64,000 bases of DNA from Eledone cirrhosa (taxonomy: Eukaryota). Shown in pieces: positions 52,908 to 64,000 of the stretch. A program made the position numbers and the translations under genes. The notes beneath the pieces are model-generated. The model was given only the letters and a program-made list of their open reading frames with translations, had not been told where the DNA came from and did not search any database. Position 1 is the first letter of the stretch, and each line of letters opens with the position of its first letter. Location: assembly GCA_964016885.1 (NCBI GenBank), contig OZ024760.1, positions 12,152,001 through 12,216,000 on the forward strand, in the 5' to 3' direction.

Positions 52908-53529
52908 CGACTAGAATTAGTATAATTATAGCTAACATTTTATTTATTTAAAAAAAATATATATAGAAACGGAACGAAAGCAAGATAACACGCCTCAAAA
53001 TATATTCCGTGTTAACTCACTCATTCCGTTTCTATATATAAATTAATTTAGAAACTACTAGTATTTATATATGCTGAACAATTAATATGTTAAATAAATA
53101 TGTTTCTGTAAATAAAAATGTTTATTTATCACCGGGTTTCCTTGTTAAATGTCTCTCCCTCGATAGGATACCGGTCTATCGCAGGATTAACTACTGTACT
53201 GGAGCAACACAAAACAAAGTATTTTCTTTTAAAAGAACATTTGAGTGTGTTGGCTGTTAACTACACAGGAAGAAGTATACAGCAGATTTCTTCCAGAGAA
53301 AGCTTTTCACAAAGTCCCCTATTCCATTATCTGGAGCAAATGTGACAGGCGAGGTTTTATTGGCCGTAGCAGATCCTATGAGATGTTTACATCCGTAAGC
53401 TCCTTATTTCGCCATCTGACCTGGGTTTAAATAACTAACGTTTATCATGGTTTAGATATAATATATGTAAATGATTTTATGGATACAATTTGAGTGGCCG
53501 AATCTATATATGTATGTACATATATATCA

Positions 53530-55245
53530 TCATCAGTTTTAACATCCATTTTTCCACGCTTGCATGGGTTGGACGGGTTCTTCTCAGGACGGCGAGATCC
53601 TCTGTGATTTGAGATCAACTCTCATAACCTCTGCCCAGGTATTGCTTAGTCTACCTTTACTGCAGCTTCATTCCACTGGTACTTCTTCACTCAACGATTA
53701 TTGTCCATACCAACACAGTCTTCTCTCCTGCACATCGCCTCAGATTCACTCTTAACTCGTCAAACTCTTCCTTTCTCTAACACTTACATTGCACACCCAA
53801 CAAAGCATGGTTCCATCTTCCCTTAAGTCACAGACATCATGCAATTGTCCTTTTGTATACAGGGAGAAACTATTGTGGGAGTAGCTCTCTAAACCTCTTC
53901 AATCCTATCTTTTGTTTGTTGCAAATACATGCCATACTGGCCTTGCTAAACCTATATTTAACTGAAAGGTCACTTACCTTCCAAACGCTCCATCTCCATA
54001 TTTTATAGACTTAAATCCTCCATCTATATATTTTCGTGTGTATCTTGTTCTCTTTTATGAGATGAGATGGCTGGCTGGCTGGTTTCCTGAAATTTGTCTT
54101 GAAGATGGCAAATCCTTGAACCATAACTATAGCCGCCATGAATTCCTCTGATTCCTACCTGCTAGTGCCTCACATGTCTATTAAAGTCATCTGCCAGGAT
54201 GATGAAGTCATCTTTATCAATACCTGAAGTTGTAAAAGTTCATAGAACCTGTCCTTATTTAGTCCTGCCTGTGGAGCATAGGTAGATGTAATTGTCATCA
54301 GTCTATTTCCCTACAGTTAATCTAAGCTCAACTAACTCTATTATCACCTTATCTATCAATTTCTCAGCTCGTAAAATGCCTACACCTCCTCACCTATTGT
54401 CATTTCCTATCCAGTAAAACTTGCTGTTTGCCTGTCAATAGTCTTGCTGCATCTCCCCTCTTGTATCATGGCATATATCCTCCTCTCTAGCAGTTCCACA
54501 ATTTCACCAGATTTACCTTTCAGGGTCCCAGTCCTGAGATTTGTACTTTGCCAGTTATTATTTCCTTAGGTAGAAGTTCTATGTATCTGAAAGGGGAAAA
54601 GAGTCATACATATAGATATGTATACACACACACTCCTATATATGGCGGCTGCCAACTCGTTTTTCGAGTACGGCCACTACTTTATATCCATGTAGGAGAA
54701 CTCCTACCGATGTGCTGAACGAGTGTGACTCTTTAGTCCAGCCAGCGACTTGAAAACTCTGGTACAAACACTACACTTGTGACAATTATTGACACATAGT
54801 GCTGGGCCCATGGTACCATATGTCGACAAGTGCAGAGAGAGCTCCAGATATAAAGCAATGCCTGTGCCGTGAAGCTTTTATAGTGAGCAAAGGCATTGCA
54901 CAAAGCCAGTCCCACTCTCTTAACCAAGAGGATATTTACCAAAAAGAAGAACAAGTCAACATCATTGGATACCATCAGGGTTGCAGGTGTTATATCAGAG
55001 TTTTCCTTCTAGAATTCTGCCTTGACAAAGGCTAAGGGGTCATCTCTCCCGGTGGTTTTGGATGGCCATTGACTCTTAAGAGCTCCTTTGCCCTTTGACA
55101 GGTTTTGTTTTTAGTCCCGCAGGATGTCCAAAGTCACCCTCCTCACCAAGAAACCTTGGTGGGGTTGCCAGTTTAGTCGCCAACGACCCGACCATGACAC
55201 AGGTTGCACTGGGATACATGTTACCAGTAGCACCACCTGGTGACC
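53530..55245 (-). mobile_element. RTE-clade LINE relic: putative 5'UTR, APE endonuclease remnant and C-terminal/3' tail, RT core deleted
   Basis: - strand GTLKGKSGEIVELL, FYWIGN..GGVGIL, TYAPQAGL, IILADDFNRHV, GIHGGYSYGSR (54110-54540), MLCWVCNV and QERRLCWYG (53700-53815), (ATG)n tail at ~53530. Confidence 0.8.
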
Positions 55246-55530
55246 TGACATACTCCTATATATACACATATGTATACACACACTCAGATATATATAATAT
55301 ATCCTACTATCTTTGTACCCACAAACTCTACTTCATATACTCAAATGAAGAAACAATTTTCCAGTGTTACTATATTTGTTGCTTTTTAAATCATCTTTAT
55401 TGAAAAAAAATATAACTTTTCACCAAGAAAACCACTGACGAGGTCAGCTGAAAAATTAATTTAAACTCTTATTAATAAATGCATTCTTTCTTTTTATAAA
55501 TTAGGTAGAAAAATAAACTTCATTTGTTCA

Positions 55531-55660
55531 TTCTTTCTTCTGATGAAGGACTAGCGTCCGAAACGTTAAGACCCTCTTCCTGCTATATCCAGCGTTAACT
55601 TAATATATACCTTCTATATACTGTACCGATTGTGTTGTTATTTCTGTTTACGTTTTACAT
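55531..55660 (+). mobile_element. Penelope-like pLTR fragment with minimal hammerhead core
   Basis: tctt-CTGATGA-a-GGAC-tagc-GTCC-GAAA-CGTT-aaga with palindromic stem III (ACGT). Same family at 43834-43925 (-), 40125-40260 (+, decayed) and 211-285 (+, decayed). Confidence 0.65.
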
Positions 55661-55669
55661 ATATACATC

Positions 55670-56020
55670 GAAGCTGAAGCATATAGACAATATGCCTCCA
55701 CACCCTCCCACTGTAAAGTGGTCATGAAGGTGCCACGGCTAAAAAGCACCCGGCCCACACTGTAAAGTGGACATGTAGGCGCCATGGAAAAAAAGCACCC
55801 AGCACTCACTGTAAATGAGATTGCTGTTAGGAAGGGCATCCAGCTGTAGAAATCAAGCCAGAATCAGTTCCTGTATGAGCAAGGAACTAATTCTGGTCAG
55901 CAAACCAAAAATTTCCCATATGAGCAAGACAAGGTCAGCTGACTGGACACTGCCCACAACAGGGCAACCCGTCTAACCCATGCTAGTGTGGAAGAACGGA
56001 CGTAAAATGGTGATGATGAC
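55670..56020 (+). mobile_element. SINE 3' module with RTE-like (ATG)n tail (copies 5180-5405, 9360-9500, 48010-48130, 56420-56640 -, 61295-61545 -, 62775-63080, 63085-63310 -)
   Basis: cacactgtaaagtgg...ttaggaagggcatccagctgtagaaa...aacccatgctagtgtggaagaacggacgtaaaa-(tga)n. Confidence 0.8.
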
Positions 56021-56604
56021 TTTTTGTTTTGCGAGATTTTTTATCTGAAAACGTGTGTTGAAACAAATATTGTTATACTTTGGGAGGGTCAAGTTGCCAA
56101 TAGAAACACACGCATCTGTTGGATTTCAATTCAATTTACTATAAATTTCCGGTTGATTCAATAACTGGAAGGCTGTTTATATATTGACAGAGCTCTTTTG
56201 TCACACATTCTGTGACATGCTCAGAAAATGACTAAGGACTGCAAAGTCTGAAGAAGACCCGACATGCGGCATACAATGTGACCTGACCCCTTCCACTACC
56301 ACACCCTTAGTTATTCTCAACACCACTACTTCACGTCACCCCACCCACACACACCTAACAGTGTTAATGATTTACACATTAATGACATCATTCCAAATTA
56401 GTAGTAGTAGTACTTAACTCATCATCACTGTTTTATGTCCATGCTAGCATGGGTTAGACGAGTTGTCCTGTTGTGGGCAATGCCAGACCTGCTGACAATG
56501 TCTTGCTCACACACAACTATTTTGGCTAGTTTTGCTACAGCTAGATACTCTTCCTAATGCCAACCTCATTTACAGTGTGGACTGAGTGCTTTTTGTTGTG
56601 ACAC

Positions 56605-56793
56605 CTACACAACCTCTTTACAGTGGCAAGGGGTGAGGGCATGCTGATTTTCTTCATACAAATCAGACTCAACCGGTTGATTTCTAAATTCCATCACAGT
56701 CGAAGTCCTGTTTTCCCTGTTGTGGGAATTTATCTCCTCGCAGATTTTGCATCCATCTATAGTAAAATGAGACACCACCGAGTCATCGAAAGC
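56605..56793 (-). CDS. Gene 3 probable terminal coding exon (AFDDSVVSHFTIDGCKICEE...ALTPCHCKEVV*)
   Basis: tttgaatattgcag| acceptor, phase 0, stop TAG at 56607-56605. The six exons give 300 in-frame codons. Confidence 0.7.
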   Translation of the reverse strand, partial: AFDDSVVSHFTIDGCKICEEINSHNRENRTSTVMEFRNQPVESDLYEENQHALTPCHCKEVV

Positions 56794-56861
56794 CTGCAAT
56801 ATTCAAACAGAAATAAACATACTGAAATTTATTGAGGAAACAAAAAATTGTATTTACTGTC

Positions 56862-57275
56862 ATGGCAACGGAAGTGTCATTATGAGAGGCTGGTGAATGA
56901 GGAGATGGTGAGGGAGAAAGATAGCCTGCCCTGGGTGGACCCAACAGAGGGGCCAGTTGCACAAACGTGTAAGGAAGGGATGGGTAAAATCCAATCCTCT
57001 GTCCTAAATGCAAATTATGGGTACACAAGAGATGTAGTGGGATCTCAGATAGGCTAGAAAACAATGTAGCACATGCCCTCATTGATGCTGAAAAGAAAAC
57101 AGCATGGAAGTGTCTTTATGAGACTGATGCATGGGAAGAAGATAGCTTACTAGCAGGTAGACCCAACAAAGGGACCTGCAGAACCAAGTGAGTGGCAGTG
57201 TAGTAAGGTAATTAAGGATATGAAGACAGGCAAAGCAGCAGGGTCATTGGGAATAGTTGCTGAAAGTCTGGAATG
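56862..57275 (+). mobile_element. RTE-clade LINE fragment (pre-RT region)
   Basis: HYERLVNEE...PTEGP and IKDMKTGKAAGSLGIVAESL, matching the MKxGKAxGPxGIxxE motif. Confidence 0.75.
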
Positions 57276-57403
57276 GTAGGTAACACCATAACCACCCACA
57301 ATTGCTTCTGACAGGATCCGCAGGGTGTTTGAGGACTCTGCCTCCACAACCCTCCCAGGATTAAGTGAAGAGGAGAAGGAGAAGGAGAAGAAGCAACACA
57401 TAC

Positions 57404-57641
57404 CTTGATATGTCCCTTGACCGAGGTTTTATAGTCATACCTGCTTTGAGGTATGAGAGCACCATCCAATGTTTTGTTAATTTCATGAAATTTATTCTTT
57501 GCCGTCTGTTCATCTACTTTAATGAGATAGCAGTGTGCCAGCCATAAGTCAATCTCTATAGTTATATAATGTTTTGAGTTGGTCTCCGTCATTATTTTCG
57601 CTGCAAATTCCAGATTTTTAAAAGATCTTTTCATATCTCCC
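57404..57641 (-). CDS. Gene 3 exon (MGDMKRSFKNLEFAAKIM...LWLAHCYL...KTSVKGHIK)
   Basis: aattattacag| acceptor, AAG|gtatgt donor, phase 2 to 0, TPR-like helices. Confidence 0.82.
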
Positions 57642-57844
57642 CTGTAATAATTAACAATATTAGACAGTTGGAATTGCATCAGAAGGTTTGTAAGGCTTTT
57701 GTAATCCTTACCCCCTTTTCCTATTAGTTACTCCCCACTAAAACACACACACATATAATCCTTGCATTCATCCAAAGTTCCATTCCAATTGCCCATTAAT
57801 ACTAATGAGTGAGCTGTTCCCAGGAAAGTCTCCAGACATCTAAA

Positions 57845-58000
57845 GAAGTCCCTGGTATTCCACTGCCACTAGTCTCAAATAACTACATTCTCCTTCATTG
57901 CTGCTCACATCAAGGACAACCAATTTAGCTTTCAAGTCCAGGTAAACCGCTTTTACCTTTAAATCCAGGCCTTTCCGAAAGAGCACTGCTACACCAGAGA
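57845..58000 (-). mobile_element. Tx1/L1-like endonuclease fragment
   Basis: SGVAVLFRKGLDLKVKAVYLD..KLVVLDV...LRLVAV, resembling GVAILF...GRL..LD...RLVNVY. Confidence 0.55.
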
Positions 58001-58224
58001 AATCCAGGCCAACTGCAAGAAAGAAAGGCTTTGAGGTCATCTAGGAACAGAGCCAGTGAGCAGAGAAATATAGGCTTTGTGGTCATTTAGGAACAGAGCC
58101 AGTGACCAGAGAAATCCAGGCCAACTGCAAGAAATATAGGCTTTGTAGTCGTCCGACCATCTACCGATTCTGCCAATCCACTGCCCTACAACTAGTAGTA
58201 ATAATAATAACAATAGTTTCTTAC

Positions 58225-58336
58225 ATCCTGATATAGATCTTTCCTTTAACCAAGAATATCCTAGCATAATTGATATGTCCGATACAAAATTCCCTTTGGA
58301 TTTTTTCTGTGACCTCCAGATTCTTCAGACTGCCTT
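58225..58336 (-). CDS. Gene 3 exon (EGSLKNLEVTEKIQREFCIGHINYARIFLVKGKIYIR)
   Basis: cttctttatag| acceptor, AT|gtaaga donor, phase 1 to 2. Confidence 0.8.
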
Positions 58337-59219
58337 CTATAAAGAAGCAAAGTTATTGAAACTGTGTTACTATAATATAAATATATATATATCATCATCA
58401 TTTTACGTCCACTTTTCCCTGCTTGCAGTAATAATATAGTTATAATAATTATGAAGACCAAAATTCAAAGAGGGCTTGATAAAGATTATATATATAACCT
58501 GTAGAGCAAATATTTATTATTAGTACCGATTAAAGTTTAAACAAGGAATCGCTGCTTTCACCCTATTAAGGGATCTACTGAAACTGTTTCAAACTTTCTT
58601 ATTAATTCTGAAGATTTCCAATTACTGAATTGTATAATTAATTAATAATTAGTTAATTGTTAACTATAATCAATAAGATGGCTGAAACATTTGTTAATTA
58701 AAATATGATATAATCAGCAGTGTTTGGTTTTATTTTCAATATATCATCATCATCATATATATGTGAATGTATGTATTATATATTTAGTAATATATTGTAT
58801 GTTTATTTAAAAACCTTTTGGAGGCCTTTTGTTATGAATTTAAGGTAGTGATGATAGTCACATACTCAGCTTCAGCAAAGACAAAGGGGAATAACCGACG
58901 TGTTTCTTGCTGTTTAGCGGTTATCAAGGTTATATACTTCTCTGGATTTGCTATGAGCTGTAGAAGCTGGATTCTTATAAAATTCCAATGTTTAAAACCT
59001 GTTTAAACTCATTAACATACAGAGCGATGTCGGCCCAGCAACAGTTAGAAAGTGTTGGCGCTCTGAAATAGCGATGTATATATGAATGTACATATTGTAT
59101 GTTCATTTGAAGGCCTTTCACTATGAATTGAAGCTAGTGACTATAGTCTATATATAGAGAGAGAGAATACGGAAAATGAAAAGTTCAGTGTAGGGGTTAA
59201 AGTATCTTTTATTAACAAA

Positions 59220-59288
59220 GCTGTGAAACATATTTCAATAACAATTGTGGCTACATGATTGGTCAGTTACGTGATCTCATCAGACAGC
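59220..59288 (-). ncRNA. Type I hammerhead-like motif with long stem II loop
   Basis: Reverse strand: GCTGT-CTGATGA-gatcac...gttatt-GAAA-tatgtttc-ACAGC. Perfect 5-bp stem I and near-palindromic stem III. Confidence 0.55.
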
Positions 59289-59453
59289 ATCTTTATGTAA
59301 TAAAGTTACGTTTCCGAAGCAATCCAATCTAAAGACAAGGGAACAGACAAAAGTGATGTTTTCATAACTTACATCGTTATTTACTGATTGGTGTGTTACA
59401 TACGCAACCTTGTTTAGCCAACATATTTACCATACGTATATGTATTTTTTAAA

Positions 59454-59535
59454 AATATAGAAATGGCTTCTATAGGACTAGAACTGTTTCCTTCGAAAGA
59501 AACAGTTCTAGTCCTGTAAAAGCCATTTCTATATT
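59454..59535. repeat. Fold-back of a pLTR-like fragment (family of 287-410)
   Basis: aatatagaaatggcttctataggactagaactgtttc / gaaacagttctagtcctgtaaaagccatttctatatt. Right arm and tail match 306-410. Confidence 0.9.
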
Positions 59536-59606
59536 ACAAATGTTATACTCTGTTATGTATTGAGTACCTTACTTACTGTAGTTACCCCCCCGATTGAACC
59601 CGGGAT

Positions 59607-59643
<37 letters not shown>

Positions 59644-59837
59644 ATCAGCATCATCATCATACATGTTTGTTTTTATATATATATATATATAACACAAGTT
59701 CTTTTTCTTATTGAGTCCCTACATCACACCTTGATATAACTGTCATTGACATAACTGATATAACACACCTTGATATAACTGTCATTGACCTCAGCTTGTT
59801 GAAGGATGGTGAAAGATGGTAAAAGGGGAGTTCTTAC

Positions 59838-59975
59838 CATGATGTTTCCTTAAATCAGACTCTATATCAGCAATGTAACACATGGGCACGATCAAACGTT
59901 GATTTGCAATTTTAATTTCTTTCAGTTTCTTCAGAGAGAGTGTGTAATATTCTAATGCCTTTTTTAGATTCCTTT
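59838..59975 (-). CDS. Gene 3 exon (QRNLKKALEYYTLSLKKL...PMCYIADIESDLRKHH)
   Basis: gaactcag| acceptor, G|gtaaga donor, phase 1-1, KALEYY..SL TPR helix B. Confidence 0.82.
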
Positions 59976-60824
59976 CTGAGTTCATTAATTAAAAGAAAGG
60001 ATAAAGATTAGAAAAAGAGCAGCAAATAGGCAAAAGTCATTAGAACATTGGATAGGATGGTTTACAGTAATCATTAAGGCTCTCTACACTCAGAATACAA
60101 ATATTGCCAAAGTCAACTTTGCCTTTCATCTTTACGTGGTCAACAAAATAAAATACTATATCTCTTTCTCAATTCCTTTCTCGTTCTATGGAAGAAATTG
60201 TCTGCATTCACGTCTAAAGATTGGATGGGCTCCACCAAGTTTTAAATGTTCAAGACTATACAACTCAATAAGGAAGTCCTTACAAGAAATGTTACCACAC
60301 CACACCATAGTATTTACATTACTTTATATATACTATTGTATTTTCATGGTAAAGGCTTTACCTTACATCGAATCTACAAGATTTTGATGTTATTTATTTT
60401 GAGAACAATATCTTAACGTAAGTATGAGTGGCCAGTTATGGCTGGTTAAAATAGAAAAAGGTGAGAGAATTCTGGCTGGGTATGGCTGGTTTAAATGCGT
60501 GAAAGCCAATAGCAATAGAATAGCGTAAAGACTTTCATAAGCCTCGAGGTTTGTCAGGGTAGAGCTTATTCTGGTCTACAAAGCATTAAAAGAAAAGGGC
60601 CAGTTTAACCCTTCAGTATTTACCTTACACTATATTTATTATTGTATTTTTACAGTAAAGGCTTTACCTCACATAATATGAAATCTGAGATTTTGATATT
60701 ATTTATTTTGAGAAAAATACCTTAACATCAGTATGAGTGGCCAGTAGCTATTTAGTTAACTTTCGCTCCTCTGAAAAGAATATAGAAGAAAAAAAAGAAG
60801 TGAATATAAAAAAGAGAGACTTAC

Positions 60825-60938
60825 GCTGATATTTTATCCAGCCCAATGTAGATGCTACAATACCACATGTCGGGTGGTTTGAAAATTTGCGATTTTCAAA
60901 CAAACTTTTGGCAATGGCAAGACCTCTGTCAGTTTTAC
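60825..60938 (-). CDS. Gene 3 exon (GKTDRGLAIAKSLFENRKFSNHPTCGIVASTLGWIKYQ)
   Basis: cattatag| acceptor, C|gtaagt donor, phase 1-1, HP..G...STLG TPR-like pattern. Confidence 0.8.
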
Positions 60939-62252
60939 CTATAATGTATGATATATATATAAGCAAGTATTGCACTAAAAAAAAAAATAAAATGTGAAAG
61001 AGATTGTGCATTTATTTACTTAAACACATGTTTCTGTGTCTATTATACAGTGTCTACATATACTGACTACAATATATATTGTGCAATCATATGCAATATT
61101 TAATTATTTATCACACTTCATCAGAAAGCCTATAGTAGTGGAAGTCAACTATTCACTACGTGGTAGAGTTCATCATCATTTTACATCCGCTTTTCCCTAC
61201 TTGCAAGGGAAGGACGGGTCCTATAAAGCACGGCATCTTTCCATTCATCATGGTCCTTTGTCATCTCCTCCATGAGCTTCAACATTATATTATATTCATC
61301 ACCATCATCGTTTAATATCTATCTTCCATGCTAGCATGGGTTGGACGGTTTTGTGCCACCGTGTCTCGCTCGTACAGAACTGTTTTTGGCAGGTTTTCTA
61401 TGGCTGGATGCCCTTCCTAACACCAACCATATTTACAGTGTGGACTGGAAGCCTTTTTATTATGTCTCCTACACGACCACTTTACAGTGTGGACCGGGTG
61501 CTTTTTGTCATGTCACCTACACAACCACTTTACAGTGGATGGAAGTGGGAGGATGGAGTAGGGTGTGTGGGGTGGTGTGTATATTGGGTTAAGAGGTGCC
61601 TACTGACTGTAGGTTTAAGTTTGTATGCAAGGGAAGGTGGGTCTTTTGTATAACTGCATAGCGCCAAAGATCTCAATCCAGTGACATTGTCTTAGAGAGT
61701 TGTAAGAGAAACACAAACATAAGGACAACTTTCGTTCTTTGGCTCTCTGCTGTGGGTTGCTGATGTTTTTATGCATTAAAGACAGTACATCTCACTACAG
61801 TACGTTAATAGCTAAGAGGAATAGTTATTAGGGAAGAAAACAACAAAAAACAGAGATGATAACGAACAGAAAATAGATAGAAGAAAAAAAACATACTGAT
61901 AGAGAGGGGCAAACACAAAACAGTAGTACATATAAGTTGCAGTAACCAATGGGAGAGAGGGAGATGTTAAAAAGGAGATTGAACGTAAGCCCTGAATCCG
62001 TATTAACAGCATGAGAGAGACCGAAGAGAAAAACGTCTGGTCATAGCGAGAACAGGCGCAAAGAGGGAGCGACGAAGAGGGAAAACGGGAGTGAGAAAAC
62101 GGAAGAGAATAAGTGAGTGGCGGAGAGAGGGAAAGGGACAGAGGAGGGAGGAAAAGAGTTAAGCTAAAAAGGCAAAACTTAAGTCCAAAACCAGAATTAA
62201 AAACAAGTGAGATAGGGAGAATAGAACGGAGGTCACAGCTATAAATAAATAA

Positions 62253-62300
<48 letters not shown>

Positions 62301-62687
62301 TAAAATAACAGATTTGGATTTTAGTCTTCATCATTTATTATTATTACTATATATAAAAAAATATATATATAAAGTAAAGCATGTCCATAGAATTATTTGA
62401 TAATATATATACATCATTTCTTCTCCCAATTAGCATAATTAACCACACAAAAAATCAATTAGACCAGGCTATAAGTTTAAAGGCACCTATGAAGAAACAG
62501 TAAATAAATATACGATAGCAGCATCTTCAAGGCCAACCGCTATAGAATATTTACCCAACATTTCAACAGCACGTGGAAATTAATTAAATATACGGTCAAC
62601 CATACACAATTAGGTATAAAATTAAAGTAAGAAATGCTTATATACATACCAGGATTAAATCACTAAATCCCGACCCATATCCTGGTC

Positions 62688-62721
<34 letters not shown>

Positions 62722-63424
62722 GACCATGACCTCTGGTGTCATGCAGTAATACAGAAGACCCGACTCCCCACGAGCCGAAGCTGAAGCATATAGACAATAT
62801 GCCCCCACTTCAAAGTGGTCGTGGAAGTGTCACGACAAAAAGCACCCGGCCCACACTGTAAAGTGGTTATGTAGGCGCCACAGGAAAAAAGCACCCAGCA
62901 CTCACTGTAAATCAGATTGGTGTTAGGAAGGGCATTCAGCTGTAGAAATCAAGCCAGAATCAGTTCCTGTATGAGCAAGGAACTAATTCTGGTCAGCAAA
63001 CCAAAAATTTCCCACAACAGGACAACCAGTCTAACTGATGCTAGTGTGGAAGAACGGACGTAAAACAGTGATGATGATGATATATATCATCATCATCATC
63101 ATTGTTTAACATCCATCTTCCATGCTAGCATGGGTTAGACGGTTATGTTCCATTTGATACGGGAATGGTCGGGAGATTGTGTCTCGCTCGTATGGAAATG
63201 TCTCTGGCAGGTTTTTCACAGCTGTATGCTCTTCCTAACACCAACCACATTCACAGAGTGGACTGGGAGCCTTTGTACCATGTCTCCTACACGACCACCT
63301 TACAGTGTGTATATATATATATATGGTATATATTTTTCAGGTCTTGTCTACTGGCATAGTATGGAATATTACAAAGTTGCAGAAAGTGTTTTGTTTTTGT
63401 TTTTTTAAATTTAATTTTAATTAC

Positions 63425-63534
63425 CCAAACATATGGAGTTGTAAGATTCGATATTCTTGATGAAAAATAAATAATACATTATTTCATCATCTTTATCAGC
63501 TTCCGTTATTAGTGTATTTGCCTCTTCACAATAC
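63425..63534 (-). CDS. Gene 3 (TPR-repeat protein) internal exon (YCEEANTLITEADKDDEIMYYLFFIKNIESYNSICL). Gene continues beyond the window end.
   Basis: On - strand: ttttgttgtctccacag| acceptor, G|gtaatt donor, phase 2 to 1. Confidence 0.7.
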
Positions 63535-64000
63535 CTGTGGAGACAACAAAATAAATAATTACTTTATCAAATGTAACAATGTCAGAATGATAAACACGCA
63601 AACATATTTATCTTTATTTGATCTCGCATTACATTCAGATAGATTTGAAGATCTGCTCAGCCTACAACAACAAATACTCTCGGGTCCCTTTAGCATCTAA
63701 ACCGGCCAGAATCATCTCACCTCTTTCTGTTCAAACTGGCCATAATCAGTTGTTCATACTGATGTTAAGGTATTGCTCTCAAAATAAATAACATCAAAAT
63801 CACGTAGCTTTGATATTACAAGAGTAAACATACAGCAATGTAAATGTTAAAGGGTTAAATTCTTATAGGTGTGTGTGAGGGGGGGGGGGAATCAGTAACT
63901 GTACAGTGTAGGGTCGTAAATATGGGATTTCGTATAATGTTCTTTTTTTGTCATATATAATGGGGTTTTTTAATGTAAAATAAAATTATTATTAGATTCT

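Noticed and set aside
58866-58998. Possible extra minus-strand exon of gene 3 (GFKHWNFIRIQLLQLIANPEK...FAEAE) with AG/GT ends
   Set aside because: Exits in phase 2 whereas the next exon needs phase 1. Flanking exons join cleanly without it, so at most a frameshifting poison exon.
62490-62580. Minus-strand frame FPRAVEMLGKYSIAVGLEDAAIVY inside gene 3 intron
   Set aside because: No convincing acceptor, and neighbouring exons join in phase without it.

Overview
AT-rich, microsatellite- and repeat-dense eukaryotic (animal) DNA. The SINE/RTE repertoire and intron style suggest an octopod cephalopod or another mollusc (inference, not proven). Three spliced protein genes can be rebuilt with GT-AG sites and consistent exon phases: (1) the 3' part of a Ser/Arg/RGG-rich, possibly BCLAF1/THRAP3-like gene on + (8 exons, 585-23345); (2) a complete fukutin (FKTN) orthologue on + (8 coding exons, 30326-40796, 457 aa); (3) the 3' part of a TPR-repeat protein gene on - (6 exons, 63534-56605). 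Nearly all long ORFs in the supplied track are artefacts of tandem arrays. The non-coding DNA holds tRNA-derived SINEs (several with clean TSDs), RTE/Tx1 LINE and mariner relics, a TTAA piggyBac-type MITE family, and minisatellites that grew inside these elements. The most notable unexplained structures are: a ~8.7-kb inverted compound locus (44.4-53.0 kb) with two divergent but architecturally matched Pol III-like structured RNA genes and two convergent promoter/first-exon modules; and a set of hammerhead-ribozyme-bearing Penelope-like terminal fragments plus six long fold-back hairpins whose turning point repeatedly falls at the ribozyme core.
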